Shown: positions 12,932 to 25,908 of the stretch, one piece after another
Numbering within the stretch: position 1 is the stretch's first letter
How the letters are laid out: every line of letters starts with the position of its first letter
From: Zygnema circumcarinatum SAG 698-1b
Lineage: Eukaryota > Plantae > Zygnematophyceae
Assembly (NCBI GenBank): GCA_037447605.1
Contig: CM074804.1
Span: 3,449,909-3,513,908, forward strand
DNA length: 64,000 bases
Direction: 5' to 3'
Program-made: the position numbers and the translations under genes
Notes under the pieces: generated by a model
Seen by the model: the letters and a program-made list of their open reading frames with translations, nothing else
Databases searched by the model: none
What the model was told of the DNA's origin: nothing

Positions 12932-15825
12932 ATGTCTTCTGCGGGGGTGCCGTCGCTCTTCAGCCTCTCCCTGGCAGTAGTGGCGCGGGATGTCCCTCGC
13001 TTTGCAGGGCGCCTGCATGCGCTCTCCCTGGAGGTTGGAGAGGCCCTCTACAGGGCGCTGCCCCAGCCCCGGCTGGAGGACCTGCGGGCGTTTGCCTGGG
13101 CTTTCTGGCGCCCTGTTGCTTTATCCATGGTTGGAACTGAAGGCCTGAGCAGTGCAAGCTTGCGGCATTTGCACCTGTTTTCCACGTGCTTGCACCGGCT
13201 CGACCTTAGCAACTGCAGGTGGTTAAGCGACCTGCAAGCTCTCGAAGGTTGCGTTCTGGCCTCCCCTGGAAGGTATCCTCAAAGATGGTCATGCCTTTAA
13301 GTCCAACTTGCACTGTGTTCGAGGTTCTCCAAAGGATGAGGCAAAGGGGTCTGAATTATGGTGTCTTTGGAAGGATCTTCCGCTTGACTACTGCAGCTGC
13401 TCCGTGGCGCCTTCGTCTTTTCTTACAATCGTTTGGTGTGTGCAACAGGTCTTCCACTACTGGAATGCCTCAACCTGCGTTGGTGCATCAACCTCGACAA
13501 TGACTCTCTGGCATATATTCAGCGTATAACTTCATGTCCATTCCATTCCTTTGCAGTGCTTACTTTACTTTAGGTGGCAGCATGTTAAGTGTGAAGAGTG
13601 GCCAAGCATGTTGGCCAATTGACGTTCATCGAGGCATAGAGATCCTGAGACCAAATGGGTTGTTGAAGAAAAGGTTGCTCTTTTGCTGGAATTCAAAAAA
13701 TAATTGGCGTTTGTCATCTGGGTGGAACAGTATGCTTGCTCTGCGAGAAATGCCAACTTCATAGACTGACAACTGTTTTATGGTGCACTCCCTTCATTAG
13801 AAATTAAGATTCAAGAGAATGTATTTGGGTCGTTACATGAAGGATATTAAAACGAGTGAAAGGCAGGTACAAACAAAATCATCGAAGGTGCAGATAATCA
13901 AAGTTGAATGCGGAGTTGTTTTCGGACAAACGTAGTTTATCCACTTCGGCAAGGCTAAACTCATGACAGGAAGATTGCAAACTTGCATTACAGTTATTTT
14001 CATCGAATCGTTGTTGTCGCAGGCTTGCCGTCACTTCGTTGCCTTGACCTCGAAGGAGTGGCGTCAATTTCAGATGCTCAGGCAGCACATTACATCCCAG
14101 GTATAAAGACCGCAACTGCTAATGTAAGCCATTACAGATCGTCTACATGCAAATTTTCCAGTTTTGGATTATTGTCACAGCTTTCAGCGAGTCATATGCT
14201 TCCTTTAACTTCAGTAAAGTCAGCAGGAATTTTTTTGCATTTCGGATTTACACAAAGCACTCTTGACCTTCGATACATGCTAGGGCAGGATTGGAGGAGC
14301 TGCTAGTGCAGCCGCTAGGTAACTCATTCTTTGAGTTTCAATTCACCCTTTAAACCTTGTCCAATTTCCTACATAGTTTAAATGCTTGATCCTTAGTGGC
14401 TGGTGTAAAATGATGGAGGTTCTGCAGGCATGCGCCAGCTGAGTGCCCTAAATTTGAGTGGCACTGCAGTGGGTATGGCTACACTGGAAGCTATCACCTA
14501 CGGCCTTCGCCTTCAGAGGTGGCGGCGGGAAGAGGAAGCATCACGCAAAGCGACTCAGGCTGCACAAGTTGGTGCGCGCTCACCTTTTGTCTGTAGAGAG
14601 AAAGAGTTTTAAAATAGGTCTAATGCCTCGTTTCCCATTTACTGTCTCTTGTGAACAGCAGCGGACAGACCAAAGGTTGTCAAAGGCCTATCTTCTCTTG
14701 GAACCAACGTCAGTCTTCAGGTCGTCAAATATCTTATCGCATTCCCAGATTTGCCAAACCTTCCCCTTGTATGGCAAAACATACAAGGGGAAGGAAGAAA
14801 CATTTTGGAACTGTATTTCTCACAATTGTGAAGTCATTGTTGACAGAGGACGCCTCAAAGCCGTTCTGGGAACGTGACCCGCAACAGAGTAAGCGCCGGC
14901 GCGTGGCGGTGCCGGTTGGGTCCTCCGCTACTGCTGTTGGCTCGGAGGCAGACAAAGGTCCATGGCCATTGTCGAGGATAGTGTATCTCCGTTTGCAAGA
15001 CACCAGCATCACGCCTGCAGCAGTGGAGCATTTCTGTGGTGAGAGCTTACAGCCGACACCCACTTGGCAAATTGCATTTTTTGTTTAATTTTACAGTTTC
15101 ATCATAGTTTTTCTTCTTTTTTTAATTCTCCGGTGACAACGGTTATGCTACTTGTCTCCAAGTTATGTGAAGGGCTGTCTTCTTGCATACAGAGAGCAGG
15201 GAATATTTCGATGACAGCGGAGGGGGTTGAAGCTTGTCATTTTCGAGTTACAAAAGGGAATTGAATGGTAATTCTGACAGGTGCAGTTGGAGTGTGAGGG
15301 TGGTGCACATGGCGCAGTGTTGGATGGTGTTCAGCTGGTGGATGTTCGAGGAACTAAAGTTGCAATTCCAGGCGTGCAACCCTTGCTTGGTTCGTCCCCC
15401 TTTCCTCCTGACATCTCTAACATGTGCATTCTGAACCTCTTCAATGTCGGAACTCAATTTCTTGCATTTCTAGGTTTACCACGTCTACTTGAAACAGGCA
15501 GAACTGACTTCCGGTAGGTGTGCTTAAGTAATTGCTCTGTGGGTGTTGTGACAGTGCAGGCCGTTTCAATCTCACACATCATCCGAATGAAAAGAAGCTT
15601 CTTGCGCGCTCGAATGCAGTGCTGATTGCAGCTATGCAGGGCGCCTGTGGATGCTCCGCAATGGGACTGGCAATAGGAACGAACCCTGAAGGCATGGAGG
15701 CAGTGCTGGCAGACAGAGCGAAGGCGCCCTGGCTCAGAGGGTGGGAGCAGCAGGGTGTTGTGCAGCTGCTGGGAGAAGCGACCAGAGAAGACAGTAAACG
15801 GCATGCAAGGGCGCAAGGCAGATAG
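12932..15825 (+). CDS. Leucine-rich repeat (RNI-like) protein, multi-exon
   Basis: LxxLxLxxC-type repeats: LHRLDLSNCRWLSDLQAL, LPSLRCLDLEGVASISD, LSALNLSGTAVG, IVYLRLQDTSIT. Exon boundaries are only partly resolved; probable stop TAG at 15823-15825. Confidence 0.65.
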
Positions 15826-16493
15826 ATAGATAGATAGATAGTTCTCGAAGGTTTTTTCTGTTATCTGGCTTATTTGGGTCAGGGGAAGAGAGGGGCTCGT
15901 CTACTGGTAATCCATCTGTAAGAAGGTCGATCGATGACCATCAAGTTTCACTTTAGCAGCAGATATGTCCACCGTACTCAATACTCCCTTGAGAGCAGTG
16001 ATGGAGTAGGTATGTCGACATGTTTTGTTACTCGAGAACAAGTTGACATGGCATCTAACTGATTGGCCAATTTCCAGCATGTCCCATTGCTTACCGCTCG
16101 TTGGAACCGCGTCCAACTTTCTTCTTTCTTCCTTACTTTCTTAAAAAAGTACTTTCTTGAAGTGACCGAGCAGACGAGTGCCTCAGAAAAGCAAGAAGCA
16201 TCTCAGTGAAATAAAGACGACATTGGAACTGTCATTTTGGTCTGATCGTTGCCTTTGCTTGCGCACCAACGAAAAGCCTTCGAAACAATTATTGGGACTT
16301 TTACGCTCACCTGGTTCGTTGGTGCGTCTCTCAACCTGAGGCCTCGTCACATACGTGTATGCTGTGAGAGACTGAATATTCCAAGGCCCATTTTCCCGTC
16401 AATGCACTTTTCTGCGCAGTGCAGTGCAGTGCGGAAGTAAATGTAGAAATGGGACCACCACATTCGCTCACTGCAATGCTCTGCTCTCGAGGC

Positions 16494-16566
16494 CCCTCCC
16501 TCCGTCCCTCCCTCCCTCCCTCCCTCCCTCCGTCCCTCCCTCCGTCCCTCCCTCCCTCCCTCCCTC
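16494..16566. repeat. Imperfect (CCCT/CCGT)n microsatellite upstream of the UBC promoter
   Basis: ccctccctccgtccctccctccc... read directly. Confidence 0.85.
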
Positions 16567-16973
16567 CGTCAGCGGCCGGTCGCTCTGTGGTGCGCGCCCT
16601 CCGTGACCAGGTCCGGCGGCCGTAAAGATTATCCCATGGAGGGAAGCGCGCCGCGGCGGAGCCAAACATAGAACATGGCGTCGGGGTCAGGTCAGGTCCG
16701 GTCCGGTCCGGTCAGCCTCCCACGACCTATTCCGACTACGACAGGGTCCCGACTCCAGACCGAGGTCATGACCGACTAGCTAGCTAATGACCGGCTAATA
16801 AGTCTCTCTGACTATTGATCGTGACCAAAGACCAGGTCCTCTTGACCTCCCGGCCTGACCAGTGACTGTGATGGCTGGCAGGCGGGGCAGGCGCAGGCGC
16901 AGGGGGGAGCGCTGGAGCAGGAGCAGGAGCAGGAGCGAGTGGGGAGAGAGAGCCAGGAGCGCGGTAGGCAGCC

Positions 16974-18568
16974 ATGTCGTCGCCCAGCAAGCGCCGCGAG
17001 ATGGACGTCATGAAGCTGTGAGAGACCTCCCTCTGCTTCCGCCTTCCACCATGCGTTCGCCTGCCTGGCCAGCTCCTGACTTGCAGGTCTTGTGGGTGGG
17101 GTGCAGTATGATGAGCGATTACAAGGTGGAAATGATTAACGATGGCATGAGCGAATTCTATGTCGAGTTCTTGGGTCCGAAAGACAGTACGATCGTTTCT
17201 TCCCTACCTCGCGTGTCCCGGACAGCCAGACATTACCGCGCATCACGTCCTTTTGGCCTGGCTCCCTGCTGAATTTAGCATGCGTAGATGCTTACGTTCT
17301 ATATGCAGAAGAGTGCAAGAAGGCTGTCGCATGTTCCCTGGTGTTTGATAAAGTAGGAAAATGCGAGACACTTTTTTAGGGTTTTCTCATCTGTCGCTCT
17401 TTCTGCAGCGCCTCGCAATCCTGATTGAATGTTCAACATGTCTTTGACAGGCCCGTACGAGAATGGAGCTTGGAAAGTGCACGTGGAGCTTCCTGACGCT
17501 TACCCTTACAAGTCACCTTCCATTGGCTTCGTAAACCGAATATTTCACCCGAATGTCGATGAAACGTATGGCTCGTAACTCATATAAGGGAATTCTTCAA
17601 AAGAGCTCCATTATTTTGTTTCGTTTCTTATCCCTTTATCAGCTAAACCTACTATAGTCTCTGCCTTTGGGGCCTTACTGACAGCACAATTTCTCACTTC
17701 TATATGCAGGTCTGGGTCTGTCTGCTTGGATGTCATCAATCAAACTTGGAGTCCGATGTTTGGTAATACTTCTTCCCATCAAACTTCTGCGGTGCTACTC
17801 TGTTGCTTCAGGGTGAGGTGGTGTTGTGGGTGTCTTCTAGAGCTTATTGAAACTGCTTGACCCTGACGTTTGATATGTGTGACAGATCTCATAAACGTGT
17901 TTGAGGTGTTCCTTCCTCAGCTTTTGCTGTACCCAAATCCCACAGACCCGTTGAATGGAGAGGCTGCTGCGCTTCTCATGAGAGAGCCCGAACACTACAA
18001 GCAGAAAGTTAAAGGTGAATAAGAGTCTCGCTTTTATCAAATTCTCAAGCACGCTTCTTGTGTACAATTGCAATTAGGTCGATTTTTGCGTTGAAGCGCA
18101 AAAGTTGAAATGCACGGTCCTCTATTGCTTGCAATTTCGCTACGGTGGGCCCATTCCCTTCTAGACGCCGTTCCACTTCTCTTTGCTTCTCGTAAGTTTT
18201 TGCTCGGAAGCACCAAGGCTGCCGTCGTGCTCCTCGGGATGCTATGCAATGTGGATTTTCTGAGTATCACTTATTGGTAAAGGAATCCTACTGTAACTCT
18301 TTTGATTCTGCCTTGGGCTTTATCCAAGTCATCCTAAATGGGGGCGTACTGTGGTGTGAGTGAGGTTTTTGCTCTGCTATATACTGCTGCCTCATCTATT
18401 TCCAAAGGAACTGCGGGGCCTAACAAGGTGCTGTTGGGAGCTGCAGAGTACTGTGAGAAGTATGCGAAGGTGGAGTCACGGCCACAGGAGGACAGTGATG
18501 ACAGTGAAATGTCTGACTACGATGACGCCTCCAGTGACGAGGAGATGGCGGGGCATGCTGACATGTGA
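16974..18568 (+). CDS. UBC5: Ubiquitin-conjugating enzyme E2, UBC4/5/6 (UBE2H/Ubc8) class, 6 exons
   Basis: [15 protein letters not shown] / [27 protein letters not shown] / [38 protein letters not shown] / [17 protein letters not shown] / [30 protein letters not shown], followed by an acidic tail. The paralog number is uncertain. Confidence 0.95.
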
Positions 18569-19795
18569 TGGACGGCATGCCATTCCTGTTAAGTTCACTT
18601 AGATTGTTTTGCTTGTGCATCAGTAGTTTCTGCGTAGGCAGCAACAGCAGGTCTCTTGAAGGTGTAGTCATGTACAGAGTGCTGCGAGCGGGTCCATCAA
18701 ATTGCTAGAACAGATTGTATAGAGAGGGGCTTCATTGTTGCCAGGAGCATGTGGACAGGCACAGGTCAATTGCTGACAGTCGACCTGATTTCTGAAGATG
18801 CTCTCTTGCCAGCATCCGCTGTATATATCATTCAGATGTCCTCGCCGAGGCATCTGCATAGTCTCATCGTGGTCAGAGGTAGGACATACGTGGGACCGAG
18901 GGGAGGGCCGTGCCTCTTTTCCTGACGCTCTGCCTTGTGAGGAGTGAATGGTGTTGCACTTGGAGCTGCTCAAGTTATGACATAAGAAGGAATGTGCAGG
19001 TTCATGTCAGGATCAGGTCCTGGACATGGACCCTTGCGCTTAGTCAGGTTGCAGAGGGAGTGGGCAAGGCTCGTTATGGCAATGTCTCTTCGTAGACGGC
19101 CCCGCGAGAGTAGGGCAACGAGTAGGTAAGGCGTGTACACTCAGATACTTGGTATTTGTCTCGTACGGACATCGTATTTCTCCTATTATTGCATCGATGG
19201 TGCAATTTATTTGTGTTTCCTTTCCTTCGGTAGACGTCATCCCTTTATGAATGGAATTGCGCAAAGCATAAAGCGCACACATTCTGAGCGAGGAAGCATT
19301 GCTTTTCGTAATTGTGTGTGGGCTTGAAAGGGTTTGAAGAGTTTTCCATTTTTTACCACGACCTTCTGTCCCTTCCTCGACTTCTTTGAATGGATATGTG
19401 ATAATGAAAAAAACATTCAAATGAAATAGTGACATTGGATTGCTGTTGGCCAGGAGTGAGCGCCTGTTGTCACGCAGCAATTCGTTCCACTTGGCCAAGA
19501 GCGCAACATTTTGCGGTATATGCCTCTTGCAGTTTGGGCAGAGGGCGACATGTGTTCTCTATGGCCATTCAGTGACGAAAGCCTCGTTTAACAGATACTT
19601 TATCCAGCTGATTTGTAACAAGTGATCGCATATGATCATCGCAGATAAGTGAGACAGTTAAAACGAATCAATAATTATAAGGCAAATCCTTCATTTCCTC
19701 GAGAAAATTTTCTTATAATCTTAAAGTGAAAACTAACCATATATTTTTTATCATCTCATAATTTTCAACACAAGCACCCGAAGGTAACGAGAGAG

Positions 19796-19828
19796 ATGTG
19801 GCATTGACCTCACGATGGCGATGCCATC
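19796..19828 (+). repeat. Dispersed-repeat motif with GATGGC-N3-GCCATC hairpin (copy 1)
   Basis: atgtggcattgacctcacgatggcgatgccatc matches 53255-53286 (atgtggcattcatctcacgatggcgatgccat) and 43714-43739. Confidence 0.75.
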
Positions 19829-21459
19829 AAATAAAAATGGCCCGCAGGCAATCTTATCTCAGATGCCTTTTATATAAAGGCGATTACTTTATATATAATA
19901 TTGATAAGTACATTATCAGATGTAATGTTAGTTATGCAGGTTCATACGCTAACACTTCTGTGTTCAATCCAATAAATATAAACAAAAAAATTTAAAAAAG
20001 TATTTTATAAGGCGAGATAAAAGGAGAGCGAAAGAGGACGAAAAATAGTACAAATAGAGGAGAAGTTGGAAAAGGAGAAGTGACAAAAGATAGACAGATA
20101 AAACTTAAAAGTGAATAACAAAGAGAACGACAGAGGGAGAACAACAGTACAAAGAGAGGAGAGAATGCGGTCGAGGCAAACCGCCGAGAAGGAGAAAAGT
20201 AGGGAGCGAACGAGGAGCGACGGCCGGCAGCAGCGCCGGGCCGAGGGCAGAGGGAGGGAGGGCGGGCACGCGGAGAAGCAGGGCGGCAGCGCATCCTTCG
20301 GAGAAGGAGGCGAGGTCCCGGGAGGGCCTGCCGCCTCGCGCCGCCGTACGGTACGGCCGACCTGCAATGCAACTTCGCGGAAGGTCAGAAGGTGTCACTG
20401 GACGCGATGCTCGCGGGGGAATGATCCTCGATCGTGCGAGCTCCGGTGGGGGGCCGCCTGGAGGCGCCACGTGGCCGCCTCGCAGGGCAGGGCCGCTCAG
20501 GGCGGGGGAGGGACTGCCTGAGGGGGGAGGGAGGGTTGGGGGCACGGGCATGCCCGGGAAGGGGGGGGAGGTCATGTCCGGGGCACGCGATCAGCCGTGC
20601 CCGGGGCACGGAAACCCGGCAGAACCGTGCCCCTCGACCATGCCCCCGACGCCCGGGGCCGGGACGGTGACTGCTGACACGGAACTCCCATGTGGAGGCG
20701 GTCATCCATCCATCCCACGGTCCGTACGAATCGTACCATTTGCACTTTCCGTACTATTTACCGTACCAGTCGTACTGCGCCACGTACGGCGAGCGCGGAC
20801 GGCCCGGGCCTGTGCTCCCCCGATCGCGGGAGATGGACGGTCGGTCGCGGCCGCGGGGCTGCGGCGGGTGTTCATAAGAACTGTTTTGTGTGGTCACGTC
20901 ACGGGGCACGAAAAGGGGCACGGGCCCCGGGCATGCCCCCCTTCGGAGGGCGGGGGGGCACGTGCCGCGGGGCACGAATTGGGCCGGGATCGCACCTCCA
21001 GCCCTAGAGGGAGGGAGGGAGGGAGTCGGGCCCGAGAGCAGTGACTCCTGCTCCCTCGGTCGTGGGACAGTCACTCGCTGGGTGGAGGAGAGGGGCAGAT
21101 CGGCGCGCTCTCAGGTCGGGGCGGGGGCCAGGGCAGCTGCGAGAAGGGGAGAGCTTGCTTGGGCGTTGGCTTCCCGGTGGTACTGTCGCCGTCTGGCTTA
21201 AAGTCTGGGTTGCAGAGCTGCTGGCATCGGAGCTTTCTGTGATTGCTCAAATGACGCAGCGACTGCTTGCTTGAAAAATTGTTAAATGAAGGGCCAATGT
21301 TTTGTCGCAATGCAGTAGGCTACTCGAGGAGCTGCTTTTTCTATATCCAAGCGTTAGCACGCGGCTGTCGGGAAAAGAGGAGGCTTTCTTCATTGTTCTG
21401 ATTTGACGGAGGATTAAATCTCTGGGGGTTGGCCCCGACCAGCCACTTGTCTGTGAATA

Positions 21460-23850
21460 ATGGCAAGCATGCTCAGAAGGGAGCGCCTTCCAGTCACTCA
21501 GGCCGAAGAACAGGCTAAGGTAGCCACAAGCGCTATATTTTTGGTCGCTTGTCCTTCTCATCAGGACTTCAGACTGCTGCCTGCATCGACCAGCGATCAG
21601 CATCATTGTTTCCTCCTTTGCGCTACGGAGAGCCACATTTTTTCTCAAAAACACGATCAACATCTAGCGTTTTTTTGGCGCCGTGTTGCAGGTGAAGCAG
21701 CTGAGGGAATCCATGGGGCTTTTAACAGGACGGGAGGAGATTTACTGTAGCGATGCGTGCCTGCATCGTTATCTACGAGCCCGGAACTGGAATGTGAAGA
21801 AAGCAGAAAAGATGCTGCAAGACACGCTCAAGTGGAGGGCAGTGTACAAACCGGAGGAGATCATTTGGGTAAATAGGACGTGCACGTTAGTATCTTGGAT
21901 AGTCCCATAATATCCATCTATGGTTTTAAAGGCTACTTGTCACCAAACGTAGGAGCGTCCAGTTATCCAGCCATTGGATTTCTCATAGCTCCAGATTGAC
22001 ATCCAGTCCCTTGAAGTGGCTGCGGGCTTTATGGCATTGAAGGAACCGACTCTTATTTTCGAGAGCGCTATGATTTCATGAGCTTGCGGCATTTCTTGGT
22101 AACCTAGATATACAGGCTGAGCCCATAAAAGCTAATCGTGTAGAGACTTCATTTATATGGCTGCCTAACGCATCGTTCGCTTCACTGTCTGCATGTAGCC
22201 TTTTTTTTTTTTTACCTCCTAATAACCGATTAGCCGGATTTTGGCGTGTAGGACGAGGTTTCCCACGAAGGTGAGACAGGAAAGATGTACCGCACGAATT
22301 TTCTCGACAAGAATGGCGACTCTGTGCTGGTTCTGTGCCCTGGACGCCAGGTGAGATGACCCACCAGTCTCTTGATTTATTTTTTACTCCAGCGATCCAT
22401 AGACGAGGGAAGTTTCCTTGTCTTTTTAAAAAAGAAACTTCAGTTATATCCAGCTGTACTTTAAACACGAAACGAATACTGAAAGTCGCGTCACTATTTG
22501 GCTGACGGAATTCATGCTATACTTTTTCGAACCAAACCGGAGAAGCCGCAGGTTTTATAGCATGGCTTTTTGCCGCTCACTTATTGGAGTTGGCAGAGTC
22601 CCAGTGGTGTTTCCCTGATAGACTGAGCTGAGAAGTGAGATTTGATGTGTGCCGCAGAATACACATGATCACAACATGCAAATCCGCCATTTAGTGTACT
22701 GTCTCGAAAATGCAGCGATCTGCCTTCCAGAAGGAAGAGAGCAAATGGTATGGCTTCTTGATTTCCGTGGCTGGACGTTGAGGATGTCACCTCCTCTAAA
22801 GACTTCTAGGGAGACACTCAATATTCTGCAGAACCATTATCCAGAGCGACTTGCAGCTGCAATCTTATACGATTCTCCACCCATGTTTGAAGCATTTTGG
22901 AAGGTACGCACGAGGAGCTTTCCTCTCTACCTCATATCGAGGATGCTCTCGTAAGACATGTCCGGTGAGGTCGTCGCTTTTCAGTCAAAAGGACTTCAAT
23001 GCATTGCAACTTGGAACTTCGCAATTAGAATCAGTTAACAGAGTTATCGTCAACAGTCTTTAACTGTTACTCGTTCATGATGGTGATAATACAGTGCACT
23101 GAGTATCTGCAAGTATGTGGAACCCGTTTTTTGCTAGTGCCGTGCATTGCACAAACAGTCGTCCCATAATTTCTGCCGTTAAGAGTCTCCCCTTTCACAC
23201 TGCATACATGGTCTACCTTCAAAGCACAAAGTCAGCTGCGAGATATAAGTTGATTGATAGATTGTTGACAGATTGTTCTGCCTCCAGCTTCCTTCGGTTG
23301 AACCTCCAATGTTTCTTGACAAAACTGACACAAAACATGACCCAATATGTACTATGACTGAATCTACCTCTCATACTCTGTCACTTAAAGCTTTGGCTTG
23401 AGGGTTCTTTTTTCCATCATACAGGTTATTCGACCATTCATGGATCCAAAGACTGTGAAGAAAGTGAAGTTCTTCAATTCAAAGCAACAAGAAAGCTTAC
23501 AAATGTTGGAGGAGTGGTTTGATCTCGACACTTTGGAAAAGACATTTGGAGGCAGATCTACATGGGTGTATGACCATGAGGCTTTTGGGAAGATGATGAA
23601 GGAAGACGATAGGAAAACTGCTCTTCACTGGAAATTGGCACCCAGAACCAGCCTAGCTGATGACGCAAGCTCAGTACCTCCAGTTTTTCCAACGTCAGAT
23701 GCCCCCCTGGGCGAGGAAGAGGAGGAACATTTTCATGAAGCTGAATCAGATGAGACAGACAACAATTCATCGATGAGTAGCCAACTGTCGCAAGAAAACA
23801 CGAACAAGCTGGATGAGAGTCGTCCCATCCCAAATCTCGTCACAGTCTAG
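21460..23850 (+). CDS. CRAL-TRIO (Sec14/Pdr16-like) lipid-binding protein
   Basis: CSDACLHRYLRARNWNVKKAEKMLQDTLKWRAVYKPEEI (CRAL-TRIO N), EGETGKMYR..DKNGDSVLVLCPGRQN, HLVYCLENA, MVWLLDFRGW, NILQNHYPERLAAAILYDSP..FEAFWKVIRPFMDPKTVKKVKF, LEKTFGG. Confidence 0.93.
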
Positions 23851-25908
23851 GTGTTCACATTGGAAACTAATGCTCTCTGTGTCTCGTTTATGGAGAGAGA
23901 AGTTCGTATGGGGTCTCTGGTCAAATGGGTACGCACGTTTCATTAACGGAGGTGGATAACTGATCGGGTTCAAGTATGAGTGGAAACCAGGCAAGGAGGC
24001 ACAGAGCTGAAATGCAGTCACAACGTACCCAACAGTCTCGAAAAAGCGTGATCAAGGGTTTGTCAGCTCAAACGAGTCCTTGCAGTCTCAGAACCAGCGC
24101 CTGTTCACATTAATCCAGCAGAAGCCCAGGATCCAGGTTTTCCTATTAGCTTTTTTCGCTGGCTTGAATTGCAGCCAGCCGCCTGTTTTTTTGTCAGAAA
24201 TGTTCTGGCGCTTGGGACTGCAGAGTGTAGATAGCAGGTCCTGAAGGTCTCTTTGTGTTCTGCAAAGAGAAGACGTCATGCAGAAAAAAACTGAAAGCAT
24301 GAGGTTTCTATTGGCAGCCCCTAAATATTTATGTCCTAGTCCCCAGCAAGAAAATGGAAGGCCATTTTCCATCGTGGGTAGCAGGTGAAGGCATTTTTCC
24401 CGCCATATTCTAGGCAGCAAAGGAGACGGGAAAGTTTAGACTTCGCGTTTTGATGGCCATGGTAGAGTCCGCATTGAGTCAACAGAGTGACTATAGCCAG
24501 ACGCCTTATAAAGACAACGTCCTCTTGCCGACCCTTTCCCTGGCAATAGTCGTTGCTTACAATTCGTTCCAGAGGGGAAGACAGGATTTTCTGAACCTTT
24601 CCCGCTTGTAACAACCGGCTGCCTTGTGAGCCGCATCCCTATTTTCCATTGACCGTCGTTTGTCTCATCTTGCTCTTTCAATGGTGGCTGAATCCCTTTG
24701 CGCTTTGCGAAGCGAGCAGCCAGAAGCTGGTTTCAATTGTTGCAGATTAGTTGTCGTTCTGCTGCCAAATCTGTCTGTGAATTCTCATGCTAGTAAAGCT
24801 GGCGCTGCTCCTTACTACTGCAGTGCACACCATGGGAGGTCTATCCATGCTGTCATATCATTCTCTACTGACATGCTCATTGGTTTTTGCATCTCCTATG
24901 ACATTGTAAGGGGTCCCAAGGTTGACAGCCGGTGCTGGTAAAGGTTCACAGAGGCATTCGTTTTAAGCAGATCCCAACCGTTATTTCTACAAATTTTATT
25001 CGCATATTTTTGGCAGAAAGTAGTCAGATTTGACACATTCCTAGTGTTTGGCTTTTCATTTCAAACATGACATCACCTATTGGGCTCGCGCCCCGTCAAG
25101 CTCCTATACCTCTATCTCTCCCCCCCCTCCCCCTTCACCCGAGCCCTAGAATGCAAGGCACCCAAAATGTCCTAAAGCTGCATTGATTCACCTCCTTGAA
25201 CGGGACAACATCTGTTCCCATAGAGGAAGCTGACAGCCACCATACAACTCTGACACCTGGCTGCGGGAATCTCAGAAGAGCGAGACGCGAAAACCACACT
25301 CATTTGATCACCAGCCGGTCATTTTTTATTTTCGCAGCATGAAAAGCAACAAGTGTCGGCAAAGGTTGTAGCTGTAGGCTGTAGCTATTTCAAATCAAAT
25401 GAATGAAGGTACCAGAGACAGGCTCCCTGGCTTCAGAGTAGGAGATTATTTGCGCAGGGCCCTCCTCATTGAGGCACCTGTCCTTATCACCAGGAATATT
25501 TTCTGAAATGCGAGCTTCATCGTTGCCTGTCATCTCACAGCCACAGGAACCCATAGCTGCTGTCTAAAAAGATGTCTACGCTGACTACCCATGAAAACTA
25601 CTTCCAATGCCGCATCTATGACTTCCGCAGTTGCTCCCAGCAGGCCTTGGGCAACTGCCCGCATTAGTCATCCCTTACCAAAGGCGTCGATTCTGCACTC
25701 ATTGCAATTAAAAACGCAGCCTATCTTAAACGTAATTGTCGATTAATGCTGTCATTCTCTTGGTAGAGGCAGAGAGACTAGACAAGCGATACTAGCTGAC
25801 TTACTTCAAATAAATACTCAGCAACCATCCAAGCTTATCTATTTGGTCTTCGAACATCCCATTAACTACATGGCATGATCCTAGAAAATGTAAAGGTCCC
25901 ATTGTCAT

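Noticed and set aside
15901-16669. Possible small minus-strand gene between the LRR and UBC genes
   Set aside because: Splice-like signals exist, but every junction set I tried hits early stops or gives unrecognisable peptides. It could be a lncRNA or UTR, which I cannot support.
19796-19840. Canonical Helitron 3' end
   Set aside because: The hairpin is present, but none of the copies has a CTRR terminus ~10-12 nt downstream.
19992-21310. Overlapping 100-225 aa ORFs
   Set aside because: Expected in very GC-rich, stop-poor promoter DNA; Arg/Gly/Pro-biased with no domains.
23851-25908. 2-kb gap between convergent CRAL-TRIO and C2 genes with short ORFs
   Set aside because: No consistent exon chain or recognisable motif; most simply explained as long 3' UTRs.
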